Shown piece by piece: positions 15,056-27,013 of a stretch of DNA of 64,000 nt. The stretch is from positions 40,196 to 104,195 of the forward strand of contig JAAOMT010000402.1 of assembly GCA_016748015.1 (NCBI GenBank), written 5' to 3'. A program made the translations under genes and the position numbers. The stretch comes from Geosiphon pyriformis uo1 (taxonomy: Eukaryota; Fungi; Glomeromycota). Within the stretch, counting starts at the first letter, position 1. Each line of letters starts with the position of its first letter. The notes under the pieces were generated by a model. That model was not told where the DNA came from. It did not search any database and worked only from the letters and a program-made list of their open reading frames with translations.

Positions 15056-17402
15056 GCAAAACATCATAGCCTTCACGCTAACATCTATCATCAGAAACAA
15101 TAGTAACTTAAACACAATGTTAAAAATGCAAAATCGATAGAAAATCATAAATAATATGTTGAATTTATTGTTTTTTAGATTATTGATTGACAGATGCATT
15201 GTTAAGATATTTAAACAATGCTCAAAAGATCTAAAAAGCATATTGCGTTTCAAAATTCATTATCAATTAAAGAAGGATTAGAGAAGGCATTTTATTCATA
15301 ACATGTAATATTAAACATACATACGATACAATTCAGCCATTGAGAAGGTTTTTTACCATGTATACATTATATATTAGCTTTACATTAATTAACATGCTGA
15401 AACCAGAGTTCGAAAAACGTGATATTTTTGCAAGAGTAATGCTCAAAGCCTTGCACTAAGTTTGATTATTCAATTTTTCTACCCTATGTAAATTAAATTT
15501 GACCATTGATGATTCAAAATTCTCTTTTTGAAGCAAATATGCTTTAGATATTTCTATTTTCATTGTGTTTATTCAGAAATAAAAGATATTTCCTGTTTTC
15601 CATCTACAAATAACCATCTATAAGAAATATATATCGTCATATTTTTCTTTATCATTCAATTTTGGAATTCATTGGAATGGATAAAATTTTTTCATTCATA
15701 CGTAGTTGATGGGAATATAATATTGGACTCCAAGCAATTTTACTAATCAAGGATTGGACCAAAAAATAGCTATGCAAAAAATCAATTGATTTACTTAAAT
15801 AAATTAAAGCTTTTCATTAGATATGATTTTCAGCTGTATTTATTTTTTTAGAAATATTTATAAAGATAATTTTGCAGGCTACTCTTGTGATGATTGTTAC
15901 CATATGGCAATAATATTTCATGTTTTGTGTTTGGTCATTGATATAGGTTTGAGAATGTTCTTGCTTGAAGTTAATTTCATTTGCAAAATGAAGATTAATT
16001 ATAATAAACAGGCGAATGAGGATGTATAAATTTTTAGTTTATAAAGCTAGCATCAAATTACAAGGATAAATTGCCTTAATTTTCTGAATTTTCTGTAGGG
16101 AATCAAATAAAACTTAATAAATTGTAGTTTCAAATACCTAAAAAGGCTATGAAAATACAAACATTAGATTTTTGTTTAACAATAATAAATATAATAGATT
16201 ATTTTATATTTTAAAATAATTATTATTTATTCTTGAAAAGTAATTAAAATTTTTAATAATATACAGTTTTTTAGATATTGTTTCTAAAATTGCAAAAATT
16301 TTATTATTGGGATTGAATATATCTTCAATTTTAATCAGACTAATATTATTTTTTTATTAATCATATGATTTTGGTTGAAACTGCATTTGTTTTTAAGCCT
16401 TATTATATTGTTAATTTTCAATTTTCTGTTTCTAACAATAAATTGATAAACTTCCACATAAAATAATATATGTAAATCAATTTTAAAAGTTTTTGAGTAA
16501 ATGATTAAAAAAACTTAAATTTAGATTTGACTTCTTTGTTAATAACATAATTGTAAATTAGCACATAAATTCTAAATATTTGTTTATTATTTCATATATT
16601 ACAACCAATTTCATTATATTTTAAATCAATAATCTGTTTTTTGCGTGTTGTATCTATATGTTTTTGAAAAATCGTTTATTTGGCAACTTTTAAGATACAT
16701 TAAAGTAAGAAAAAGTAGCCAAGTATAAATGCCAATGACATTGAAAAATTTTATATTTTTTATTAATATGTATGGCATATCCAATTAGGGTGATTCAGGA
16801 AATAAATAATTCAAAACGTTTCTTTAAAACAAATTTCATAAATTGTTATTGTTACCAAGGAAACTAGAAGGCTTTTTAATTTGCATTAAAGAAATTTCAA
16901 TTCCAATCTCTAAAATATTTTTTGGTTCGGAATATTCAAAAAATACTTCTAGTCATAAATTTCAAATTCAAAGTTCTTTTATTTTTTTTCCTATCACACA
17001 AGAATAGAACAATCAATATTTTTATTATTTTCTGTAAAAAATTCTCATTAATACAAAGGTGCCGAGAATTATGAATTGGTGGACACCTGATATATAATGT
17101 ACAAATGTAAAAAACCTTCTCAATTGCGGGATTTGTACCGTATTTATGTTTAATATTATATGCTATTAAAAACTATGCCTTCTCTAATTTTTCTTTAACT
17201 GATAATCAATTTTGAAAGCTAATATGCTTTCAGATCTTTTGGGGCATTTTTTAATATCTTAAAACTGCATCTGTCAATAAATAAATGAAAGAACAATAAA
17301 TTTAACAAATTATTTGTAATTTTCTATCGAGTTTTGCTTTTTAAACTTATGATCAAGTTATTATTGTTTCTAATTTTTGATGTTAGGATTAAACTGTCTT
17401 GC

Positions 17403-17409
17403 TATAAAA
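17403..17409 (+). promoter_or_regulatory. TATA box of peptide copy 3
   Basis: GCTATAAAA 107 nt upstream of the ATG. Confidence 0.65.
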
Positions 17410-17509
17410 CTAAAAGTGCTTCCCCAATTTCTTTTCATTCAATCTAACTAAAATAACAAAGAGAAAAGCAAAACAATAACATTTAAAGTAAATCAAATAA
17501 TTTGAAGAA

Positions 17510-17641
17510 ATGCAACAAACAACCAATGATCAATCTTCCTTTAATTTTCTCTCAATTATCACTCCAGGTAATGCCTCTATTAAAGGACCAACCGGTGACC
17601 CAGACGATGGTAGCGGTACCCGTCAATGCTCAATTATGTAA
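17510..17641 (+). CDS. CaaX-terminated 43-aa peptide, variant putative pheromone precursor (copy 3)
   Basis: MQQTTNDQSSFNFLSIITPGNASIKGPTGDPDDGSGTRQCSIM*; 6 amino-acid changes versus the other copies, with length and CSIM retained. Confidence 0.8.
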   Translation: MQQTTNDQSSFNFLSIITPGNASIKGPTGDPDDGSGTRQCSIM

Positions 17642-19630
17642 AGTCAGTTATTATTGACATTAGTCATCCTCCTCACCGTTACCAAATTACTATCAACCGA
17701 GATTTGCAAAGCTTAAGGCTGTTACCTCCGTTTTATGTTGAATTTGAACCCTTTACATGATTACCTAGCCTTCAAATATACATGTCATTAGGGGAATTTC
17801 TCTTTCACTGTTTTAATCTTAATTATACATTAGCATTTAGTGCAATGTAGTTTACAATATTATTAAATAATTTTATATTATGACTTGTTTTATAAAATAT
17901 AATTAATCTACGAAATAGATATAAAATAATCCCGTATCAAACTTAATCAAAATAACACAAAAAAGATATCTACTCTGGAAAAAGGCAAATATTTTTTTCA
18001 TTAACTTTTTTTGGATTTATTAACAATAAATAAAGCTATTCAGGCTTTCTATAAATATCTTTTAACTATAGCTTGAAATTCAAAGGTATTTTCTCAATAT
18101 GGCAAAAACAATGTTTTTTTGATTGAAACAAACTTTTATACTGTGTTTTAATTTAGTATATCTATTATGTAGAATTTTTAATCGAAATTGATTTATTTAT
18201 TTTGAAGTTTTCGTAAAAAAATCTGCGGCATTTTATCATTGTAGAAAAGTTTCCTCAACAAGAAAGATAGTTTCGGTATGCGTGATAAAAGATATTGTAC
18301 AGACAAATCAAACTTGGTAGAGAAATAGACTGTTATATAGATATTGTTTACCTAAAACTAGTAAATACTCATGTAATATCTTTGCAAAAAATTTGAATAA
18401 AGTGATTCGATTACTAGCTTAGGTATAATTTTTTGAACATTTCACGAAAGAGCTATTTGAATGAAACCTACAATTGGTATCTTCTGTATGAAACCACTTT
18501 TTTTAATTTTTCAACATCAACAACATTGCATGATCAAAATAATTACAATAGAATGTTCTCACCTTTAAAGTTGAGATATTTAAAAAGAGAAGATTTTGAA
18601 ATGACACTGACCTTATTTAATAATGATCAAACCCAGAAATATAAAGATTTAAAAATTTAGTATTTACAGACTAAGAATTTAATAGGTATCATTAATATTT
18701 ACAAAATAATTAAGTAATTTTTAAATTTAACTAGAAAAATTTTCATTTATTTATTTAAAGATTTTGGACATCTATATATTTTATTTTGTTCTTAAAAAAA
18801 TAGATTAATTCATCTTTGGAATTTGCTAACTAGCTTAATAAAGAGCAAAGTGGAAAACCTATTCAATTCCTCGGCTTGCCCTGTTTACTAAGCCTAATCT
18901 TTGATATTTGCAAGCAAAATTAACCATCACAGGATCAGATCAAATGAAAAATTTAAGGTTCTCAAAATTAGCTTTCTGCACAAGTATTTGAATTAAAAAA
19001 CTTATCATTTCTGATTAATTTCTAAACTTAACTAATAAAGGACAATATGATAAATTCATTTTTTCATAGACTGGTGTTTTACACTAGGAAAATAGCAAAT
19101 CTTTTATTTTTCATCTAAAAATTAGAAATATAAGGATATTTTGCTCCCAAAAACACAATCTTAATTTATCAAGAATGAAATCTATTTGAATTTTAGTGAT
19201 ACATAGCGTCAAGTGATTATTAGGAACTGAATAATCAAATATTAAAGCAATGCTTTTAGCATTGTTCTTAAGAAAATCCTGTTTTCGGTTTTATGAATTA
19301 ATGCATAACTAAAGATAAACACATAGACAATCTCCTTAATGGCTGAATTTGTACCATTACCGTACCGTAGTTTTATTAAATAGGGGGTATGATATCAAAG
19401 AATAATGCTCCATCTCCAACCTTTTTTGACTGATGATCAAATAAATAATTTTTTGTTTTAAATATTTGGGGCATTGTTGAGATAGCTTAACAATGCATCT
19501 ATCCAAATAATGATTAAAAAGAACAATAAATGCAACCTCTTATTAGTCACATTTTTTGCATTTTATCATTCTGATTCATTTAGTATTGTTTCTAATACTT
19601 AATGTTAGCGTGAAGACTATGATGTTTTGC

Positions 19631-19637
19631 TATAAAA
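19631..19637 (+). promoter_or_regulatory. TATA box of peptide copy 4
   Basis: GCTATAAAA 108 nt upstream of the ATG. Confidence 0.65.
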
Positions 19638-19738
19638 CTGGTGGTGCTTTCCCAATTTCTTTTCCCTCAAGCTCACTGAAATAACAAAGACAAAAAGCAA
19701 AACAATAACGTTAAAAGTAAATCAAATAATTTGAAAAA

Positions 19739-19870
19739 ATGCAACCAACAACCAACAATCAATCGTCCTTTAATCCCCTCTCAATTATCGCTCCGGGTAA
19801 TGGCTCTATTAAAGGACCAACCGGTGACCCTGACGACGGTAGCGGTACTGGCCAATGCTCGATCATGTAA
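19739..19870 (+). CDS. CaaX-terminated 43-aa peptide, putative lipopeptide pheromone precursor (copy 4)
   Basis: MQPTTNNQSSFNPLSIIAPGNGSIKGPTGDPDDGSGTGQCSIM*; 6 synonymous differences from copy 1. Confidence 0.85.
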   Translation: MQPTTNNQSSFNPLSIIAPGNGSIKGPTGDPDDGSGTGQCSIM

Positions 19871-20387
19871 AGTCGAATATTATTGGCATTAGCAATTCAC
19901 CTCTCCAAATTATCATCGTCAACAATTTATTATCAGCCGAAATTTATAAAAGATATGGCCATTCCTTCTGATTTATACTTTTTCAAGAGGAACTTTAGAA
20001 TTTTATCTAAATTAATATAAAACTAAATTTAGACTTTGCACAGGATCATTTAACCTTTAATCATGAATAACAAAAGAAAAGTCATTAGGACTATTCACAG
20101 CCAAAGTGTATAGATATTATTTCGAATTTTAATTATATATTTGTATTAATGTGATGTTGTTTGCTGAATTTTTTATTGCCGTTATATTGGACTTGCTTTC
20201 TAGTAAATTGCTTAATAATACAATAAATAATTATAATAATAGAAAAAAATTATAGGCTTTTAAATATTAAACTTGTATTTGCGATAAAGATAACTCATAA
20301 TAAATTGAAATAATTGTCACTGTTTTAAACTTTTGAGATGATATCTTTCGCCATAAAACAAAAATTTTTGGTAGATTTATACACTTA

Positions 20388-21632
20388 CTGTCTTGTAAGA
20401 AAAAATTGGAAAAATATGAATCTACTAAGATTACGTTTGGTTTAACCATTTTTGGTAAGTTTTATGACAGTAAAATAGAAACAGAATATTAGGTAAGTCG
20501 CTGAGCTCTAAAAACGTATTAACTAATAGTTTTTTTTAAAACTTGTTTTTGAAATGCCGACTTCAAAGCAAGAAATGCAAAGTCGTATTACATTTTTGGA
20601 AGCAAGAAATATGAAAGGCGAAAAAAATACAGAATAAAACGAATATACCCCTTTCTACAATCTATAATATCCTCAAAAAACTCAAAAAAAAGGAACAATA
20701 AAGCATGCGAGTGGTAATGGTCAGCCAAGAAAGATTATGGGAAATTCTTTGAAAGTATTAGGGCAGATTCTTCGTAGAGATTCCTTAGTTTCGTCTAGAT
20801 ATTTAGCAATAAAGTTTACTAAGAAAAGAATAAATGTTTCTCATGTTACTATTCAAAACCCTATATCTAATCTTAATTATAAAAAAAGTCTTCCTAGAGC
20901 AACACCAATGCTGACTGAAGAGCATAAGCGAAAACGTGTAAAATGGGCCAAAAACACCTGAATTATTATTGGAAAAGAACAGTTTTTACTGATAAAACGT
21001 CTTTTCAACTTTTTCAAAACATAGTAAAATGTTGGCATAAAGGTACTCGACTAATTTGTTTTATGCCTAAAGATCAAACAAAAATTCTCGCATGGGGGGG
21101 TTTCTACGAAAAAGGAAAAACTAGTTTATTCTGTTTTGTTCAAATAATGAATGCTCAATTTTATATAGATATTCTTCGTAACCACTTACCTGAAATTAGA
21201 GCAATGCTGGGGGATAATTGGCGATTCCAACAAGATAATAACCGCAAGAATACTAGCAAGCTTGCCAAAGAGTTTATTACTGAGAATACAACTGATTTGT
21301 TGGGGTGGCCATCTAATAGTCCCGACTTAAACCCAATAGAAACCTTTGAGCTATTGTTAAAAAGAATGTAGAAAAAAGAATGTGTTAAAATCGTAGTGAA
21401 TTAGAGAGATTTATTGGGGAAGAGTGGCAAGATATTTCTGAATCTATCTTAATTGGGTTAGTAGGATCAATAAGTGAAATGATAATTGAGACAAATGGTG
21501 AAAGAATTTCCTATTAATTTTTTTTAATAAAATTATAATGGTATTTGACTTTCTAATAAAAGTTGTAATTTGGTACATTAGTTAAGACATAGTGATTATT
21601 TTTATATTTCCGATTTTTTTTTTACCAGACTG
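20388..21632 (+). mobile_element. Tc1/IS630-family DNA transposon (DD34E), degenerate
   Basis: Transposase fragments TVFTDKT, QQDNNRKNT and WPSNSPDLNPIE with 34 residues between D and E; frameshifts; degenerate TIRs TA-CTGTCTTGTAAGAAAAAATTGG and CCGATTTTTTTTTTACCAGACTG-TA with TA on both sides. Confidence 0.88.
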
Positions 21633-22157
21633 TATTTTTGAGATTCAGATTAATCAACCACCATAAATAAACTGAAATTTATAAAACAAAATCAGCAAGT
21701 GTGAATTTTAACATTACAATCTGCTACTTTCCTCTTTAAAGATTTTTCAAACATAAAATACTGAAAATTTGTGCGCGAAGTGGTCAAAAAGATACATAGA
21801 ATTATTGTCATTGGTTTTAAAAATAGTAAATATCTGTCAAAACGGAATTCGTTTTAGCTGTTATTAAATTGAAATTTATTTGCCTTGTCAATCAGGTTTA
21901 TAATAAAAACTTAACAGAATTCAGAGGTCAATTTATCTTTATGAAACCCATCTTATGGTACATGTATATGGGGTAATTGACCATCTTTTAACCTTAAGCT
22001 AGCGAGTGCAGTTTCAACCGGAATGCCAATTTATAATTAATTACGTTTCTTAATAGTAATTTCAAAGCCGTCTTGAAAATTGTTTTTCAGTTTCTTTCTA
22101 AGAATTTCATATAATTACATTAAGATTAACATTTTGTACTGTCATTGATAAATGTGG

Positions 22158-23709
22158 CTAAATTCTTGGATTTTTGATTGCTTGGTTGTTTGTTGTATTT
22201 CCTTGAATATTATTAGCCTTTGTTGAGCGGCGACGATATAAAATAAATACAAAAGCTGATCCTAAAAATATTAAACCAATTGAAGCAAGAGGGACTCCAA
22301 TAATAAGTGCTAAATTCTTCGGATTTTTTTGTGGAGCAGGAGTTACTGGAATTTCGTGGATTACAGTGGGGGTCAATGGAACTACATAATTTTGTAGCCA
22401 CTTAAAAGCTCCATTAGTTATGTCGAATATTCTTATTTCCTTAGTCGGTTTGCTTTCTGTAGCTGTGGTATTATATTCCCCTATATTTCCAAAAAATATT
22501 ATTATAAGATTTGAAATGCGGAAATTAAAAGTATCGCATTAAGAAGACTTACCAAATGCAATAATCATCAAGTTTTGATATCTTGTAGCGGTATGATAAG
22601 AGAGCACAGAAATATTGTTAGGAAGAGATTCTACAATTGGTACTGACCATGTAAATGTTTTTGTAATTAAAAACCATTAGAGGATAAGACCCCCATAAAT
22701 TATGATATTGTATTCATCAGCAGCTAAACAAATATTAAATCATTTTAAAAAAAGTTAATTAATAAACATCTACAATTAATTATCAAATTACCAAGGATTG
22801 CTATATGTGCCATCCTATATCTTAGACTAACGACGTTTTTTGCCTCCTTTTTACATTAAATAACCTTGTAAGACCATAAATTCTCAGGCTTTTCGTTAAT
22901 GTTAAAAATTAATATATATATATAAAATCAGATATTAAAGTATTTATAATAAATCTCGCTCGAACTTTTGATTGCAAATTACTCTACTCAAGTCTCCATC
23001 TGGATCTGGATAAGAATGGCCAAATTCACCAATATAAATAATGCGTCCATCTGGTAATAATGTGGCAGTATAAGAATTCCTTGGTGAAGGAGAATTTAAT
23101 GGAGTGATTTGAGTCCAGGATGTAGAGTTTGTATCATATATATACATTGTTCTATCCTCTGAGTAAGTATAATATTGAGGTCCTCTTCAAACATATATTC
23201 TTCTATTTTTATCAATTATTGTCTTAATATCTCTCCTTGCCTCTGAATTTTCAAATTGATTATGACTATTTGGAACCAGATAAGTTTATTTTATAAGTAT
23301 AAATATTATACTTTTTGGGACCTATCCACTTAAAAAAAATTCTTTTGAGCGTATTTTAGTATTGGATTTCTAAGCTTAAGAAATTTACATTTTCATCAAA
23401 TAAAATAACTTCAGATATATCTTTGGTTTCTACTACCTCAGTTGATAAATAAGATAGATTTGGAGAGTTGGGTAATGTCTCAAGTTCATAAAATGCGGGC
23501 GAATCGATGGAGAAATTTCGAGAAAGATCTAAGTACATGTTATTACTTGCAAAAATTTCATTTGAACTCATTACCCCGCTAAAGAAATAAATTCTTTCAT
23601 CAATTAGAGAAGCTATATGGGCCACCCGAGGAGATGGCGAGAAATAGGAAGAAATAAGGATCGCATCATTTTGTAATAAAACAAGTAATATAAGAAATAG
23701 GTTTATCAT
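22158..23709 (-). pseudogene. Kelch-repeat membrane protein paralog, probably a pseudogene
   Basis: Inverted paralog of 592-2314 with the same exon layout; a deletion near 22690 gives an in-frame TAA (YGGLIL*). Confidence 0.8.
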
Positions 23710-24825
23710 TTGGGCTTTCTTGAGTGTTAAAGCAGATAACATATTAGGTTCATAATAATGAAGGTGGAAATGATTTAGACTTTTTATAATTAAAACTTAA
23801 CGAGGTTGTAAACATTGTGAAAATTTCTAGTTTCTTAATATGGCATCTATTCTCTTTGATTACCCATTTTTGGATCTTGGTGATTGTAAAAAATGCATAT
23901 TACACCAAATTAAGATTTTCACTTAACCTCGATAGATTCGCCAAACAGTCTTTCAAAAAGTTTTACTAATAAAGAGCGTTGTGCTGGTTTAAATGCACAT
24001 TTAAGCTTAAACTCTAGTGTTATATTCTATTAATAAAGTAGTAACTTGCTGCTTCATTAATAACCACTTTATATAGAATTCAGGAAACTATGCAAGACTT
24101 GTTATTTAATATAGTATATATACATGTAGTATGTGACATTGTCCAATATAATATTGCTATAGAAATGATTATTCACTTGAGGTGATAAATATTTAGTGGC
24201 TAAGAGTTTTAGGATTTTTTGAAAATTGAACTCGGTTTAATCTTTTAGTTCATTTGATACAACATTTCTTGCTAGATGTAGAAAAAAAGTAATATCGAAG
24301 GAATACTACATTAAATTCATAAAAGATTTAATGTGCATTTACATTGTCACACCTTTATCGGTAACTAAAATTTATCATGTTTAAATAATAATATCCATCT
24401 CATAGATAGATAATTTGTTTCAGTATGCAATATGCTAAATCTTTTTTTCTGATGCAAATATACAGTTCTGATAGAAAGTAATGTTGGACAACTTTTTTTG
24501 GATTGGATAATTTTTTAAACACACTAAAAATTCAAGATAAAATTTACCCAAGCGAGAGCCTAAGAAATTATATTAAACTTGTTATTAAAACTATTATTAA
24601 AGAAGCTAGCGAAACGATCTGCAACCCCAACTTAAGATTTCCATTTAAACTAAAAATAGCAATAACCAGTTTAAAAATATAAATGAGGGAACCAACTAAG
24701 CATCTATTTTCATAGCTAACTTTCATTTCAGATTTCTTTGAATTATAAGTTGAAATCTTTATTTATTAGCGAGAAAAACTTTTTAAAACTTCTTCTTTAC
24801 TAATCCAAAATATTGAAGTTTGATA

Positions 24826-27013
24826 ATGCATTCTTCAACTTCATCAATTCAAAAGAAAACAATACCTCTCGAACGGCTTTAAGGAGCATTCATAGTCATC
24901 AAAGAAAATTTGGCCCTTTTTCCAGCTAGTGAACATTCAACAAAAGTTGCTAACTTGGTGAAAGAATATCTTGTGCATAATCAGAAAACACCTTAAGACT
25001 TATTCAATTGCTTGAATGATAAAAGTTCAAAGCGTTCGATAGACAATATTTTGCTCGGCTTTTCTTTAGAACATGGAATTGGAACTATTCCTAATTTAAC
25101 AAAAACATTTTTAGAATATCAGAAAGCAGCGAATGCAGAAGATTCTCTTGGACAATTCTTCTTAGGTTACTGCTATAGCTATGGCATTGGTGCTTCACAA
25201 GATCGAAAAAAAGCATTTGAACTCTTTTCAAAAGCAGCAGAGGCAGGAAATCCTTTTGCACAAAACAATCTCGGATGGTGTTATCTAAATGGAATAGGAA
25301 CAACGAAAAATGAGAAAAAAGCATTTGATCTCTTTTCAAAAGTAGCAGAGGCGGGACATTTAATGGCACAAAACAATCTTGGACTTTGTTATGAAGATGG
25401 GGGAACGACGAAAAACCTCTGAAAAAGCAGCAGAGGCAAATAACTTAAGTTATGGTAACAATTTTTCTAATTTGAATGCTCGCAACCTTACTTTAATGGT
25501 TCAAGATGATTTAGAACATTTCATGTTACAATTCCTAAATCGAGGTTTAAGACTCTCGGATGACTCTAAAGGGAATTTGTCGATTTTGAAGCTTTCTTCG
25601 ACCAGCTTTTTGATGAATTCAAGTGTTTTAAATGTGGTAGCATGGGCATAATTATTACTGGATTTCTTATATGTCCATTTTGTGACACTGATAATATTAA
25701 TAATGATATATTTGAATCCAGATTACCGGAATGTCTGGAATGCTATCGCACATTAAAAGATCCACTTTGGTGTAATTTTTGTGAATCATTACAATTTTCA
25801 AAGACTTGGGGTACATGGAATAGTGGAAATCATAATATTAATCACTATATAAAATATACACAAAGCGCTTCCGAAAGCTGTAGGGAATATTTAGAATGGA
25901 TTTCTCCTGACGAGATGATATTTTTAGATCAGGTGGGAATGGGAGGATTTGGTGTTGTTAAAGAAGGCAGATGGGAGAGAGGCAAAATTCTTTTTTGGGA
26001 CAAGAAAACTCAAAAGCATGAACGAGGCGGTGTTACAAAAGCTGCTTTGAAATATTTTAAAAATAGTCAAAATCTTAGAATATATCAATTTAAATGAAGT
26101 ATTTTCTTTTAAGAATATTGTTAAATTTTTATTAGCCTTAATTCTTATTCTAACACGAGAAAACATCTTAATTTAGTTCATTGCTCATCTTCGTTGTGCC
26201 TTTTGCAAATACATCCTTGAATTCTATGGAATCACAAAAGATCTTATAAACAATGAATTCGTTATGGTTTTACCATTTGCAGAACATGAGGACCTTAGAG
26301 CTATTCTAAAGATGAACAAGGATACTTTTACTTGATATATGTTTCTTCGTATTCTTTTTCAAGTCGCTGGTGGCCTACGATTTATACATGACTCAAAACT
26401 GGTGCATGGGGACTTACATCCTGGAAATATCCTTGTTTTGAAATTAAACCCCTTAAAATTAGTCATTTCCGATCTTGGATTTTGTTGTCCTGCCGATTAT
26501 GCTTCACAGTCTGGGAAAATATATTGCGTTCTTGAGTATCTCGCACCCGAGATTTGCAAGGGAGCTCAAAATACTAAGTATAGCGATATATACAGCTTTG
26601 CTATAGTTTCCTGTGAAATTATTTCAGGAGAAAGACCTTTGAATAATACGGACCTTATTTACGATCAATTTGATGTGATTGATGGAAAGCGTCCTATAAT
26701 CAAAAAACATACACCTCAATGTATTCAGGAAATGATTCAAAAAAATTGGCAATATAATCCATATTATCGTGATAGTGCAGATAACTGTAACTTAAAATGA
26801 ACCTGTCCGTGAAAAAGACTTAATTCTGAAGAGATACAAGATGGTAACCATGACATGTCAAGATATAAAAGTCAATTAATCTCGCAATCTAGAAAAAAGG
26901 AATCTGCTTCTTTTACACATGGTAAGCATCCCATTTAATTTATTTAACATTTAACAAATTTTTCTAATACTAACGCCTTTTTTTTTAGATATGGATTGTT
27001 CCATTAGCCTAAG
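24826..27013 (+). pseudogene. Sel1-repeat + TKL kinase pseudogene
   Basis: Sel1 repeats (AQNNLGWCYLNGIGT), CPFC/CxxC region, GMGGFG, HGDLHPGN, SDLG, YLAPE; several premature stops and frameshifts. Confidence 0.85.

Larger units (their letters stand above)
12273..20205. repeat. Large inverted repeat (arms about 12273-15372 and 17092-20205, ~1.7 kb spacer) holding the four peptide genes
   Basis: Reverse-complement matches run along both arms, e.g. 13020-13350 vs 19131-19460 nearly identical, and 13965-14153 vs 18433-18660. Each arm is itself a ~2.2 kb tandem duplication. Confidence 0.9.

Noticed and set aside
13965-18660. Paired short ORFs containing PLK.RYLKREDFE
   Set aside because: Similarity is explained by the palindrome arms; starts and lengths differ and many changes are non-synonymous.
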